Positions 54,001 to 62,207 of a DNA stretch of 64,000 bases are shown piece after piece. The notes beneath the pieces are model-generated. The model worked only from the letters and a program-made list of their open reading frames with translations. It did no database searches and had not been told where the DNA came from. The position numbers and the translations under genes were made by a program. Numbering within the stretch: the first letter of the stretch is position 1; every line of letters begins with the position of its first letter. The stretch is from an uncultured Acidobacteriota bacterium (GTDB lineage Bacteria; Acidobacteriota; Vicinamibacteria; Vicinamibacterales; UBA2999), in NCBI GenBank assembly GCA_963789815.1, contig CAWBMG010000013.1:729569-793568 (forward strand). Reading direction: 5' to 3'.

Positions 54001-54576
54001 GGAGAGCTGTTGATGTCGGAGTCCAATTTCCTGCGCGTGTTCCCGGAGCAAGAGGGTTATCGGGTGCTGCTGGTCGAAGACCGAATGGGACGAACCGATG
54101 AGGTGGCGAGAACGATCGAGGGAGCGTTGTTGGATCTTGGAGCCGACGCGACGGGGACAGGCGAGCGCCTGGCTCAGTTTCACAGGGTCGAGAACACGTA
54201 TCTGTCCACGTTTCAGACGCTCGGAGGCCTGGGGCTGTTGCTCGGTACGGTTGGGCTTGCGGCGGTCCTTCTTCGTAACGTGCTGGAGCGGCGTCGAGAG
54301 CTGGCGCTGCTCGGCGCCGTCGGTTATCGTCGAAGTCACTTCACGTCAATGATCGTGGTTGAGAACATGCTCCTTGTCGGCTGCGGCCTCGTCTCAGGGG
54401 CATCGTGTGCATTGTTGGCGATTGCGCCTGCCGCGGCAGAACGGGGCAGCGCGCCATTCACGACTGGCGCTGCGCTGTTGCTGGTTGGTGTGATGGCGAC
54501 TGGGCTGCTCGCATCGATCGTCGCGATTCGTGCCGCGATCCACGCGCCGCTTCTCGAGTCGCTGAGGTCTGAGTAG
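51073..54576 (+). CDS. large ABC transporter permease with duplicated FtsX-type domains
   Basis: Start at [44 protein letters not shown]. Two TM4 bundles are separated by large periplasmic domains. Contains two repeat-derived in-frame insertions. Confidence 0.8.
   Translation: [1167 protein letters not shown]
52003..52100 (+). repeat. 98-nt polypurine tract inside the permease CDS encoding [33 protein letters not shown]
   Basis: I counted 6 pyrimidines in 98 nt. GGGGAAAGG-type units are related to the GGAGGGAACGG intergenic family. Confidence 0.9.
53134..53200. repeat. CCAACTTCC/CCAACTCCC plus CCAGCTACCTAGCTA motifs read in frame inside the permease CDS
   Basis: AACTTCCAACTTCCAACTTCCCAACTCCCAAGGAACCCAGCCACCCAGCTACCTAGCTATCTCGCTATC encodes [23 protein letters not shown]. 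Confidence 0.9.
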
Positions 54577-54652
54577 CTAGGTTGCTAGGTAGCTGGGTAG
54601 CTGGGGTGTTTGGGAGTTGGACAAGAATTAGTTGGGAGTTGGGAGTTTCCGA
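54577..54652. repeat. TAGCTGGGTAGCT and GGGAGTTGG motif block
   Basis: GCTAGGTTGCTAGGTAGCTGGGTAGCTGGGG followed by TTTGGGAGTTGGACAAGAATTAGTTGGGAGTTGGGAGTT. Confidence 0.9.
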
Positions 54653-55921
54653 TTGAGCCTCGCTCGTCTCGTGTTCGTCGCTGTGCTCGTGGCTCTCGCC
54701 GACGTGCCGCTTGGGGCCGAGAACTGGCCGCAGTGGCGTGGGCCGTCGCTGAATGGGACGAGCGCCGAGACCAACCTGCCCGTGCGCTGGTCGACCACCG
54801 AGAACATCACCTGGAAGCTTGCGCTGCCCGAGCGCTCGGGATCCACGCCGATCGTCTGGGGGGACCACGTCTTTCTGAGCGTTGGTGAGGGATCCGACCT
54901 CTCGTTCTGGGCGCTAGATCGCGCGCGAGGCACGGTACGGTGGAAGCGGCCTCTCGGCAATGGCAACCGGCGGATGATGAAGCAGCAGATGTCATCACCC
55001 TCACCCGTGACCGATGGCCGATCGGTGTGGGTGATGACGGGCACCGGACTGCTCAAGGCGTTCGACTTCGCCGGCCAAGAGCTCTGGTCGCGCAGCATCC
55101 AGCAGGACTACGGACGGTTCGGCCTCTTGTGGGGCTACGCCTCGTCGCCGCTGCTCTTCGAGGATTCGCTGTACGTGCAGGTGCTGCACGGCATGATGAC
55201 TGACGACCCGTCGTACATCCTGCGAATCGACAAAGCCACTGGCAAGACACTCTGGCGGGTCAATCGACTCACACGGGCTCGCTCGGAATCGCCAGACGCG
55301 TACACCACACCGGCGCTCCTGCGATACGGAACCACGACAGAGATCGTGATCACCGGCGGCGACGTGGTCACGGGACACGATCCGGCGAGCGGCAAGGAAC
55401 TGTGGCGCGCAGACGGCCTGAATCCTCAGAACGACGGGAGTTACCGGCTCGTCGCATCGCCGGTCGTGCATGGCGAAATGATCGTTGCGCCGTCGCGCGA
55501 GCGGCCGATGCTGATGCTGAAGGCTGGCGGTCGGGGCGACGTGACGAAGTCTCACGTGCTCTGGACGTTTGGCAATGGCCCCGATGTTCCGACGCCGGTC
55601 ACCGATGGGACCTATGTGTATTCCATCAATGATCGGGGCATCATGTACTGTCTGGATGCGAAGACGGGGAAGACTACTTATGGTCCTCAGCGGCTGCGGA
55701 GCGCGTCGTACAGCGGCTCGGCGGTGCTCGCCGATGGCAAGTTGTACATAACCGACGAAGACGGTGTAACGAGCGTGGTGCAGGCCGGTCCGAAGTTCGC
55801 GCTGCTCGCCGAGAACGATCTGAGTGATTACACGCTCAGTTCACCCGCTATCTCCGACGGTCAGATTTTTGTGCGGACCGCGGCGTACCTGTATGCAATC
55901 GGATCAAGGAGACAGAAATGA
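54632..55921 (+). CDS. PQQ-like beta-propeller repeat protein, secreted
   Basis: Signal peptide followed by [13 protein letters not shown]. The annotated TTG at 54632 lies inside the repeat, so the alternative TTG at 54653 ([11 protein letters not shown]) is equally plausible. Confidence 0.85.
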   Translation: MGVGSFRLSLARLVFVAVLVALADVPLGAENWPQWRGPSLNGTSAETNLPVRWSTTENITWKLALPERSGSTPIVWGDHVFLSVGEGSDLSFWALDRARGTVRWKRPLGNGNRRMMKQQMSSPSPVTDGRSVWVMTGTGLLKAFDFAGQELWSRSIQQDYGRFGLLWGYASSPLLFEDSLYVQVLHGMMTDDPSYILRIDKATGKTLWRVNRLTRARSESPDAYTTPALLRYGTTTEIVITGGDVVTGHDPASGKELWRADGLNPQNDGSYRLVASPVVHGEMIVAPSRERPMLMLKAGGRGDVTKSHVLWTFGNGPDVPTPVTDGTYVYSINDRGIMYCLDAKTGKTTYGPQRLRSASYSGSAVLADGKLYITDEDGVTSVVQAGPKFALLAENDLSDYTLSSPAISDGQIFVRTAAYLYAIGSRRQK

Positions 55922-55925
55922 ATCA

Positions 55926-56010
55926 ATTCCCAACTCCCAAACGGCCCAACTCCCAAACAGCTTGGGAGTTCTTGGGCGTTGGACAAGCATGAGTTGGGAG
56001 TTGGGAGTTG
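55926..56010. repeat. CCAACTCCC/GGGAGTTGG family inverted-repeat element
   Basis: ATTCCCAACTCCCAAACGGCCCAACTCCCAAAC is opposed by CTTGGGAGTTCTTGGGCGTTGGACAAGCATGAGTTGGGAGTTGGGAGTTG. Confidence 0.9.
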
Positions 56011-56021
56011 ACTGAGGAGAA

Positions 56022-57506
56022 ATGGTTCCGAAGGTACTGAAAGCGGTCGCGCGCGCGGCGGGAGTTCTCCTCGTGATTGGCGGCGTGTTGTACCTGTTCT
56101 TTGGTCTTCGGGTCGTGCTGGATGGCGGTAGCATGCCCCACCTGCGGTTTGTCGAGTCCTCCCAGCAGCAGGCAGAACGCATTCAGCGACATCGAGATGC
56201 TCAGCGAGCACAGGCACCCCCGGTTGGCACACCACCCGTCACCGCGGCACTGCCAACAGAGACTGGCGCTGCTGTCGCCGGTGCGGTAGCCGAAGCGCTT
56301 CAACCCTCGGCAGGATCCACGGCTCCGCCAACGTCCTCCGAACCGCCGTACTGGACGGACTTCCGCGGCCCGCGCCGCGACGGCGAGTATCGCGAGAGTG
56401 CCCTCATCGCCACCTGGCCGGCGGGCGGGCTGACGCCAATGTGGAAGCAGCCAGCTGGCGCCGGATACGCGTCATTCGTCGTCGCTCACGGACGCGCATT
56501 TACGATCGAACAGCGGGGCGCCTCAGAAGTGGTGGCGGCGTACGATGTGATCACGGGTCGAGAGCTGTGGACCAATACCTGGAACGCAGAGTTCCGCGAG
56601 TCCTTGGGCGGTGACGGTCCGCGCGCCACGCCCACGTGGGCGAGTGGCCAGGTCTTCGTGCTGGGGGCAAAAGGCGAGCTGCGCTCCCTGGACGATGCCA
56701 GCGGCCGAGTGGCATGGCGGACCAACATCCTCGAGGACAGTGGCGCCACCAACCTTCAGTGGGGTATGGCGGCCGCTCCTCTCGTGGTGGACGACACCGT
56801 CATTGTTCTGCCAGGCGGGCCGAGCGGACAGTCGGTGGTTGCCTACGATCGTCGCACCGGCAAGCGCGCGTGGTCGGCATTGGGGGATCAGCAGGGTTAC
56901 TCGTCCCCGATGCTCGTCACAATCGGCGGCGTGCGACAGATCCTGGTGTTCAGCGCGACGCGGCTCATGGGTCTTGCCATTGGACGCGGCGAGCTGCTGT
57001 GGGAATACCCCTGGATCGGACCGATGGGCATCAATGCCGCGCAGCCGCTCCTCGTCGGAGAGAACAGGATCTTTTTGTCGTCGGGATACGGAACCGGTGC
57101 CGCAGTGATCGAGATCGCTGGAGGCGCCGGCAGTTTTTCGGTGCGCGAAGTCTGGCGCAACACTCGCATGAAGAACCGATTTGCGAGTTCGGTCCTCTAC
57201 GAGGGTGTTATCTATGGGTTCGACGAATCGATTCTGGCCGCTGTGGACGCGGCGACTGGTGAGCTCAAGTGGAAAGCGGGTCGGTACGGCTACGGACAAC
57301 TGTTGCTCGCCGACGGCCATCTGATCGTGCTCAGCGAAGACGGAGACCTTGCCCTCGTGCGCGCGAGGCCAGACCGTCATGAAGAGTTGGCGCGCTTCCC
57401 GGTGCTGCAAGGCAAGACGTGGAACCCCCCGGCGATTGCCGGTGGGTATCTCCTCGTGCGCAACCTGGCGGAAATGGCAGCGTTCGATCTGAGGTCGGTG
57501 CGCTGA
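56022..57506 (+). CDS. PQQ-like beta-propeller repeat protein with N-terminal TM anchor
   Basis: GAGGAG RBS. TM segment AAGVLLVIGGVLYLFFGL, a linker, then PYWTDFRGPRRDG and propeller blades. Confidence 0.8.
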   Translation: MVPKVLKAVARAAGVLLVIGGVLYLFFGLRVVLDGGSMPHLRFVESSQQQAERIQRHRDAQRAQAPPVGTPPVTAALPTETGAAVAGAVAEALQPSAGSTAPPTSSEPPYWTDFRGPRRDGEYRESALIATWPAGGLTPMWKQPAGAGYASFVVAHGRAFTIEQRGASEVVAAYDVITGRELWTNTWNAEFRESLGGDGPRATPTWASGQVFVLGAKGELRSLDDASGRVAWRTNILEDSGATNLQWGMAAAPLVVDDTVIVLPGGPSGQSVVAYDRRTGKRAWSALGDQQGYSSPMLVTIGGVRQILVFSATRLMGLAIGRGELLWEYPWIGPMGINAAQPLLVGENRIFLSSGYGTGAAVIEIAGGAGSFSVREVWRNTRMKNRFASSVLYEGVIYGFDESILAAVDAATGELKWKAGRYGYGQLLLADGHLIVLSEDGDLALVRARPDRHEELARFPVLQGKTWNPPAIAGGYLLVRNLAEMAAFDLRSVR

Positions 57507-57516
57507 CGGTGCCAAC

Positions 57517-57579
57517 GGGGTCAGATCTTGATTTTTGCGCGAAGGAGACTTGCAGGCGCAAAAATCAAGATCTGACCCC
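57517..57579. repeat. GGGGTCAGATCTTGATTTTTGCGC palindromic element (24-nt arms, 15-nt loop)
   Basis: Arms at 57517-57540 and 57556-57579 are perfectly complementary. Confidence 0.95.
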
Positions 57580-57594
57580 CCTGATAGGTTACTC

Positions 57595-58881
57595 ATGTCC
57601 ATGATCCGTTCCTGTGCGATCGTCGCGGTGCTCGTGTTGATGTCGTGGCCATTGGTTGGTCTGAATGGCCAGGAGTCTGCGCCCGCAGTTCGGATGATCG
57701 CCGACGAAGGCGAGGGCGGGAAGTATTGGCCCCGGTGGCGTGGCGCGTCCGGCCAAGGCTTGGCTGCGGGCACCGGCTATGCCGACACATGGTCACCGAC
57801 CGAGAACGTGCTGTGGAAAACGCCGCTGCCTGGCCGCGGCAATTCGTCCCCGATCATCTGGCGAGATCGGATCATCCTGACCACGGCGTACGACAACGGC
57901 AGACGACTATCGGTGTTGGCGTACCGTCTGTCTGACGGCGTGCAGATGTGGGAGGCCTTTGCGCCGCAAGGCCGCGTCGATGGTGATTCCCACTACAAGA
58001 ACGGCCACGCTTCGTCGACGGCGGCAACTGACGGCGAGCGCATCTACGTGTCGTTTGGCACCCGCGGGCTCTTCGCGTTCGATCTCGACGGAAAACTACT
58101 CTGGCAGCGAGACCTCGGACCGATGGATGCGTATCACGGCACGGCTGGATCTCCGCTTCTGTACAAGAACCGCGTCATCCTCTACCAGGATCAGTTCTCG
58201 GGATCGTTTGTCGCGGCCTTCGACACGCGCACCGGCCAGCAGGTCTGGCGGACGGCTCGAAATGCGTCGGCGGGATGGGGCACCCCCATCGCAGTTCGAG
58301 TCGTCGATCACGACGAGATCATCGTCAACAGCCAGCAGGCCGTGCAGGCGTATGACCCCGCGAATGGCCAGGAGTTGTGGCGCTGCGGGGGAATGAGCTA
58401 CGAGGTCATTCCGACGCCCGTGGTCGGGTTTGGCATGGTGTTCTGTTCGTCGGGACGCGCGGGCCCGACCCTGGCGATCAGGCCAGGAGGGAAGGGGGAC
58501 GTCACACGCACTCACCTGGGCTGGAGCAGTCCTCGCGGGTCGCCATTTGTCCCGTCGCCCATCCTTTATGGCGACCACCTGTACATGGTCAACGACATGG
58601 CGAGCATCGTCACCACCTTCGAGGCGACAAGCGGCAAGGTGATGTGGCAGGGGCGGCTCGGTACGGCGCAGCGCGAAGGCTTTTCCGCGTCGCCGGTCGC
58701 CGTGGACGGCAAGGTGTTCTTCACCAACGACGATGGTGAGACGTTCGTGTTGAAGGCGGGCGGAGCTTTCAACCTGCTGCACGTGAACAAGCTCGACGAG
58801 CGTGTCCTCGCGTCGCCGGCGCTCGTGGACGGGCGCTGGTACTTTCGAACCGACCGTCACCTCATGGCGATCGGGCGATAG
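57595..58881 (+). CDS. PQQ-like beta-propeller repeat protein, secreted
   Basis: Start at MSMIRSCAIVAVLVLMSWPLVG; the upstream extension is repeat-derived. KYWPRWRGASGQG followed by blades. Confidence 0.85.
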   Translation: MSMIRSCAIVAVLVLMSWPLVGLNGQESAPAVRMIADEGEGGKYWPRWRGASGQGLAAGTGYADTWSPTENVLWKTPLPGRGNSSPIIWRDRIILTTAYDNGRRLSVLAYRLSDGVQMWEAFAPQGRVDGDSHYKNGHASSTAATDGERIYVSFGTRGLFAFDLDGKLLWQRDLGPMDAYHGTAGSPLLYKNRVILYQDQFSGSFVAAFDTRTGQQVWRTARNASAGWGTPIAVRVVDHDEIIVNSQQAVQAYDPANGQELWRCGGMSYEVIPTPVVGFGMVFCSSGRAGPTLAIRPGGKGDVTRTHLGWSSPRGSPFVPSPILYGDHLYMVNDMASIVTTFEATSGKVMWQGRLGTAQREGFSASPVAVDGKVFFTNDDGETFVLKAGGAFNLLHVNKLDERVLASPALVDGRWYFRTDRHLMAIGR

Positions 58882-58885
58882 GGAA

Positions 58886-58935
58886 CGCTCCCACTCCAAA
58901 ACTACTGACGCTTGACCAACTCCCAACTCCCAAAC
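58886..58935. repeat. CCAACTCCC family, single-orientation copy
   Basis: CTCCCACTCCAAAACTACTGACGCTTGACCAACTCCCAACTCCCAAAC. It shares the GCGCTTGACCAACTCCCAA unit with 45659-45788. Confidence 0.85.
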
Positions 58936-58954
58936 GCCAAGAGAACTCGATGCT

Positions 58955-59764
58955 CTAACGCCGCCGGACCCGCTGCAGAAAATCGAGAACGGCCCGCGTA
59001 AATTCCTCAGGCCTCTCCCAGAACACACCATGAGCGGCGGCTGGAATCTCGGTCACTTTCGTTCCCGGGATGTGCCTGGCGAGTGTCCGCGAGTATCGTG
59101 GCGGTGTGAGATTATCTTCCGCGCCCACAATGACATGCGTCGGAGCCTGGATGGCTCCCAGTCGATTCCGCGCATCGTGGCTCAGGACGGCGTCGCACTG
59201 ACGTCCAAAGCACGCCGCCGATTGCGGAAACGGGGCGTCGCGAATCATCTGGAGAAAAGAGAGCAACGGCTCCGGCGCCGCGAAGTACCGGTATGTGAAA
59301 AGCCACGGGCTAATGGTTCGTATCAGGTCGTCCGTCGCACCATTCGGCCGGAGCCTCTTCCAGGACGTGATGATTCCGCCGAGCCACGAGTCGACGACTG
59401 GCACTGTGCACACCAGCGTCAGGCTCAACACCCGTTCGGGATAGTTGATGGCGAGCTCCTGCGCGACCATGCCTCCCATGGATGCGCCAAGAATGTGCGC
59501 TGACGAAATGCCCAGCTCGTGCATGAGCGCCGCCGTATCCTCGGCCAGCCGGCGTATGTCGTACTCCTGAATCGTGCTCGAGTCGGTCTGACCGGCGTCA
59601 CGGTTGTCGAAGACGAGGCATTTGTAGCCAGCCGCCCCGAAGGATGGCACCTGCAGGGCCCACGCGAGATGGTCGCCGCTCAGTGATGAAATCAGGACCA
59701 GCGGAGTTCCCGTTCCTTCGTACTCGTAGTACATGCGCAGGCCCTGGACGTGTATCTTGGGCAT
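58955..59764 (-). CDS. alpha/beta hydrolase
   Basis: Start at MPKIHVQGLRMYYEYEGTG; the rest of the supplied 393-aa ORF overlaps the next gene out of frame. Nucleophile elbow GASMGG and C-terminal AAHGVFWERPEEF. Confidence 0.85.
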   Translation of the reverse strand: MPKIHVQGLRMYYEYEGTGTPLVLISSLSGDHLAWALQVPSFGAAGYKCLVFDNRDAGQTDSSTIQEYDIRRLAEDTAALMHELGISSAHILGASMGGMVAQELAINYPERVLSLTLVCTVPVVDSWLGGIITSWKRLRPNGATDDLIRTISPWLFTYRYFAAPEPLLSFLQMIRDAPFPQSAACFGRQCDAVLSHDARNRLGAIQAPTHVIVGAEDNLTPPRYSRTLARHIPGTKVTEIPAAAHGVFWERPEEFTRAVLDFLQRVRRR

Positions 59765-59768
59765 CGGT

Positions 59769-62207
59769 TTACTCAGCTCGGAGCATGGCGACAGGATCGA
59801 CCCGCGCGGCGCGGCGGGCGGGCAAGTACGAAGCCAGTGCCGACGCGCCAACGAGCAAGAGGGCAGCGGCAAGCAGAGACGTGGGATCGAGTGGTCGAAC
59901 GTCGAACAGCAAGCCGCCGAGCGCCTGGCTCGATGCGACCGCGCACGCCAGGCCAATCGCGGCCCCGAGCCCGGCCAGCCGCAGCCCCTCCCCCAGCACG
60001 AGGCTGCGCACGTCCGAGGCCGTTGCACCGAGCGCGACGCGGATGCCGATCTCCTTGTAGCGTTGCCGTACGTGGGCGGTGACCACCGCATACAACCCGA
60101 TTGCGGCGAGCAGCAACGCCGCAATGCTGAACACACCGATCAGAAAGGCATTGAAGCGCGGACGTGCGAGAGGTCGCTCGAGCATTTCCGAGAACGGCGC
60201 CACGCGCATCACCAGCACGTCGGGACTCAGCGCGCGCACGCGGTCTCGCGCGACTTGTGCCACCTGCGGCAAAGGCAAGGCTGTGCGTAGCACGAGCATC
60301 TGGGCGCCGACAATGAACTGCTCCGCGGGCAGGTAAAGAGTCGGGCGTGGCTCTGCCAACTCACGATACCGCGTGACCCTCGCGACGCCCACGACGGTGC
60401 GCCACGGGTCCTTCGAATCGAGTCCCCCAAACTTCATGCGCTTGCCAATCGGATTCTCGCCGGGCCACGTGCGTGCGGCGACGTCCTCGCTCACGATGGC
60501 AACATCGGGCGCGCCCTGCCGATCCGCCTCGGTGAAGCCTCGCCCGCGCACGAGTGCTACCTCGAACGTGGCGAAGTAGTTCGGATGGACCGACTCCAAA
60601 TTGAGCCCGGGGTTCTCAGCGGTCCGATCCGCCGTCTGACCCTCCGCGGTGAACGCAGGCAAGTCCCACCCGCCCGTGCCGGCAAATGGCAATGTGTGGA
60701 CGGGCGTCGCGCCTGCGATACCTGGCGCAGCCTCGAGCCGTTCGACGATGTCGTTGAGGAACTGGAGGTGACGTGCACGCTCGGCGGACTTCGCAGGTGG
60801 GATCGTGAGCTGCACGAAGACCATCCGGTCTGCCGCGAGTCCCATGTCCACGGCCTGGAGGTGGAGGAGGCTACGTGTGAGCAGGCCCGCTGCCGCGACG
60901 ACCGTCACGGCGAGTGCAACCTGTGCGACGACCAGCGTCTTGCGTCCTCGCCGCACACTATTTCCGGTTGCGCCGCGCCCGCCGCTCCGCAGTTGTGAGG
61001 CGAGATCCACGCGCGTGGTGGCAAGGGCCGGCCAGAGCCCGGCCAGCGCGACGGTGAGAGCAGCGACCGCAATGGCGAACACGGCGACGCCCGAATCGAT
61101 TCGAATCGAGTCGACGCGCGGGAGCCCACCCGGAATCAGAGCGACGATCGCTTGCAGAGTCCACGACGCTACCGCCAGCCCGACCACGGCTGCAGCGGCC
61201 GCCAGGACGACGCTTTCTGAGATCAGGTGGCGCGCCAGCCTACCGCGGCCGGCGCCAAGCGCTGCGCGCACTGCCAGTTCCGGCCCCTTCGTTTCACCTC
61301 GCAGGAGCAACAGATTCGCCACGTTCGCGCTCGCGATGAGCAGCACGAGGCCGACGGCGGCAAACAGCACCAGCATCGCTCCTCGCACGTCTCCCACGAT
61401 CGTGTCCTTGTAGGAGCGCACCACCGGTGTCAGCCGCCCTTGGAGCATGCCAGGTTGTGGCTCTGCCTTGAGTTGCGGGATGATCGTCCGCAGCTCGCTC
61501 GTCGCTTGCTCAATCGTCACGCCCGGGCGCAGCCTGGCGATGAGATCGACGTTCACATGAAAGGCGGGGTTCGTCACCGTCGACATCGATGCGGCCGTCG
61601 TCATCCACGCCTCAGAGCCGCGTGGGTACTCGAACGCCGCCGGCATCACGCCGACAATCCTGAACCGCCGCTCTCGGAGCGTCAGTGTGCGTCCGAGGAC
61701 TTCGGGCGAGCCGCCATACCTCCGTTGCCAGAGCCCGTTGCTGATGACGAGCACGTTCTCTGCGCCCGTCACGGCGTCTGCGGGGCCGAGCGCGCGGCCG
61801 AGGATGGGCGCGACACCTACGACGCTGAAGAAGTCTCCGGTCACCGATACGGTCGTGACGAAAGTTGCGGATCCGTTCTCGACCGCGACGGAGGGTTGGG
61901 CGCCATTGTAGTCAACGCCCGCGACGCGCTCGAGGAGGCGGCTCTCCTTGCCGAGCACGTCGATCTCTGTCACTTCAAACGGCCAGTGCCCGACCCCCGA
62001 CGAACGCAGCTCCTGCCAGGCGACGATCAACCGGTCCTGCTCTCGGACTGGTAGCGGCCGCAGCAACACACCCTGAATGAGGGCGAACATGACCGTGGTG
62101 CCGGCCATCCCCACCGCGAGCGTCAGCACCGCCGCTACGGTGAATCCCTTCGCGCGTCGCAATCCACGCCACGCAAGCCACAGATCCTGGCGCCATTGCT
62201 CGAACAT
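59769..62207 (-). CDS. duplicated MacB/FtsX-type ABC permease with no adjacent ATPase (acidobacterial duplicated orphan permease-like)
   Basis: Start at MFEQWRQDLWLAWRGLRRAKGFTVAAVLTLAVGMAGTTVMF. Two MacB_PCD-like periplasmic domains and two FtsX TM bundles. No ATPase gene is adjacent. Confidence 0.85.
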   Translation of the reverse strand: MFEQWRQDLWLAWRGLRRAKGFTVAAVLTLAVGMAGTTVMFALIQGVLLRPLPVREQDRLIVAWQELRSSGVGHWPFEVTEIDVLGKESRLLERVAGVDYNGAQPSVAVENGSATFVTTVSVTGDFFSVVGVAPILGRALGPADAVTGAENVLVISNGLWQRRYGGSPEVLGRTLTLRERRFRIVGVMPAAFEYPRGSEAWMTTAASMSTVTNPAFHVNVDLIARLRPGVTIEQATSELRTIIPQLKAEPQPGMLQGRLTPVVRSYKDTIVGDVRGAMLVLFAAVGLVLLIASANVANLLLLRGETKGPELAVRAALGAGRGRLARHLISESVVLAAAAAVVGLAVASWTLQAIVALIPGGLPRVDSIRIDSGVAVFAIAVAALTVALAGLWPALATTRVDLASQLRSGGRGATGNSVRRGRKTLVVAQVALAVTVVAAAGLLTRSLLHLQAVDMGLAADRMVFVQLTIPPAKSAERARHLQFLNDIVERLEAAPGIAGATPVHTLPFAGTGGWDLPAFTAEGQTADRTAENPGLNLESVHPNYFATFEVALVRGRGFTEADRQGAPDVAIVSEDVAARTWPGENPIGKRMKFGGLDSKDPWRTVVGVARVTRYRELAEPRPTLYLPAEQFIVGAQMLVLRTALPLPQVAQVARDRVRALSPDVLVMRVAPFSEMLERPLARPRFNAFLIGVFSIAALLLAAIGLYAVVTAHVRQRYKEIGIRVALGATASDVRSLVLGEGLRLAGLGAAIGLACAVASSQALGGLLFDVRPLDPTSLLAAALLLVGASALASYLPARRAARVDPVAMLRAE

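Noticed and set aside
49624-54576. Single 1650-aa ORF that looks like a giant MFS-ABC permease fusion protein
   Set aside because: The junction (about 50893-51072) is an Arg-rich, non-membrane stretch. It is the out-of-frame reading of a normal MFS C-terminal helix, whose own stop is at 51023-51025 in the +1 frame. The permease has its own ATG at 51073 with a typical N-terminus. I split it into two genes.
58955-60136. 393-aa ORF suggesting a longer alpha/beta hydrolase
   Set aside because: The upstream 124 codons overlap the 3' end of the ADOP-type permease in another frame and translate to Cys/Arg/Ser-rich sequence. A normal hydrolase N-terminus begins at MPKIHVQG (59764).
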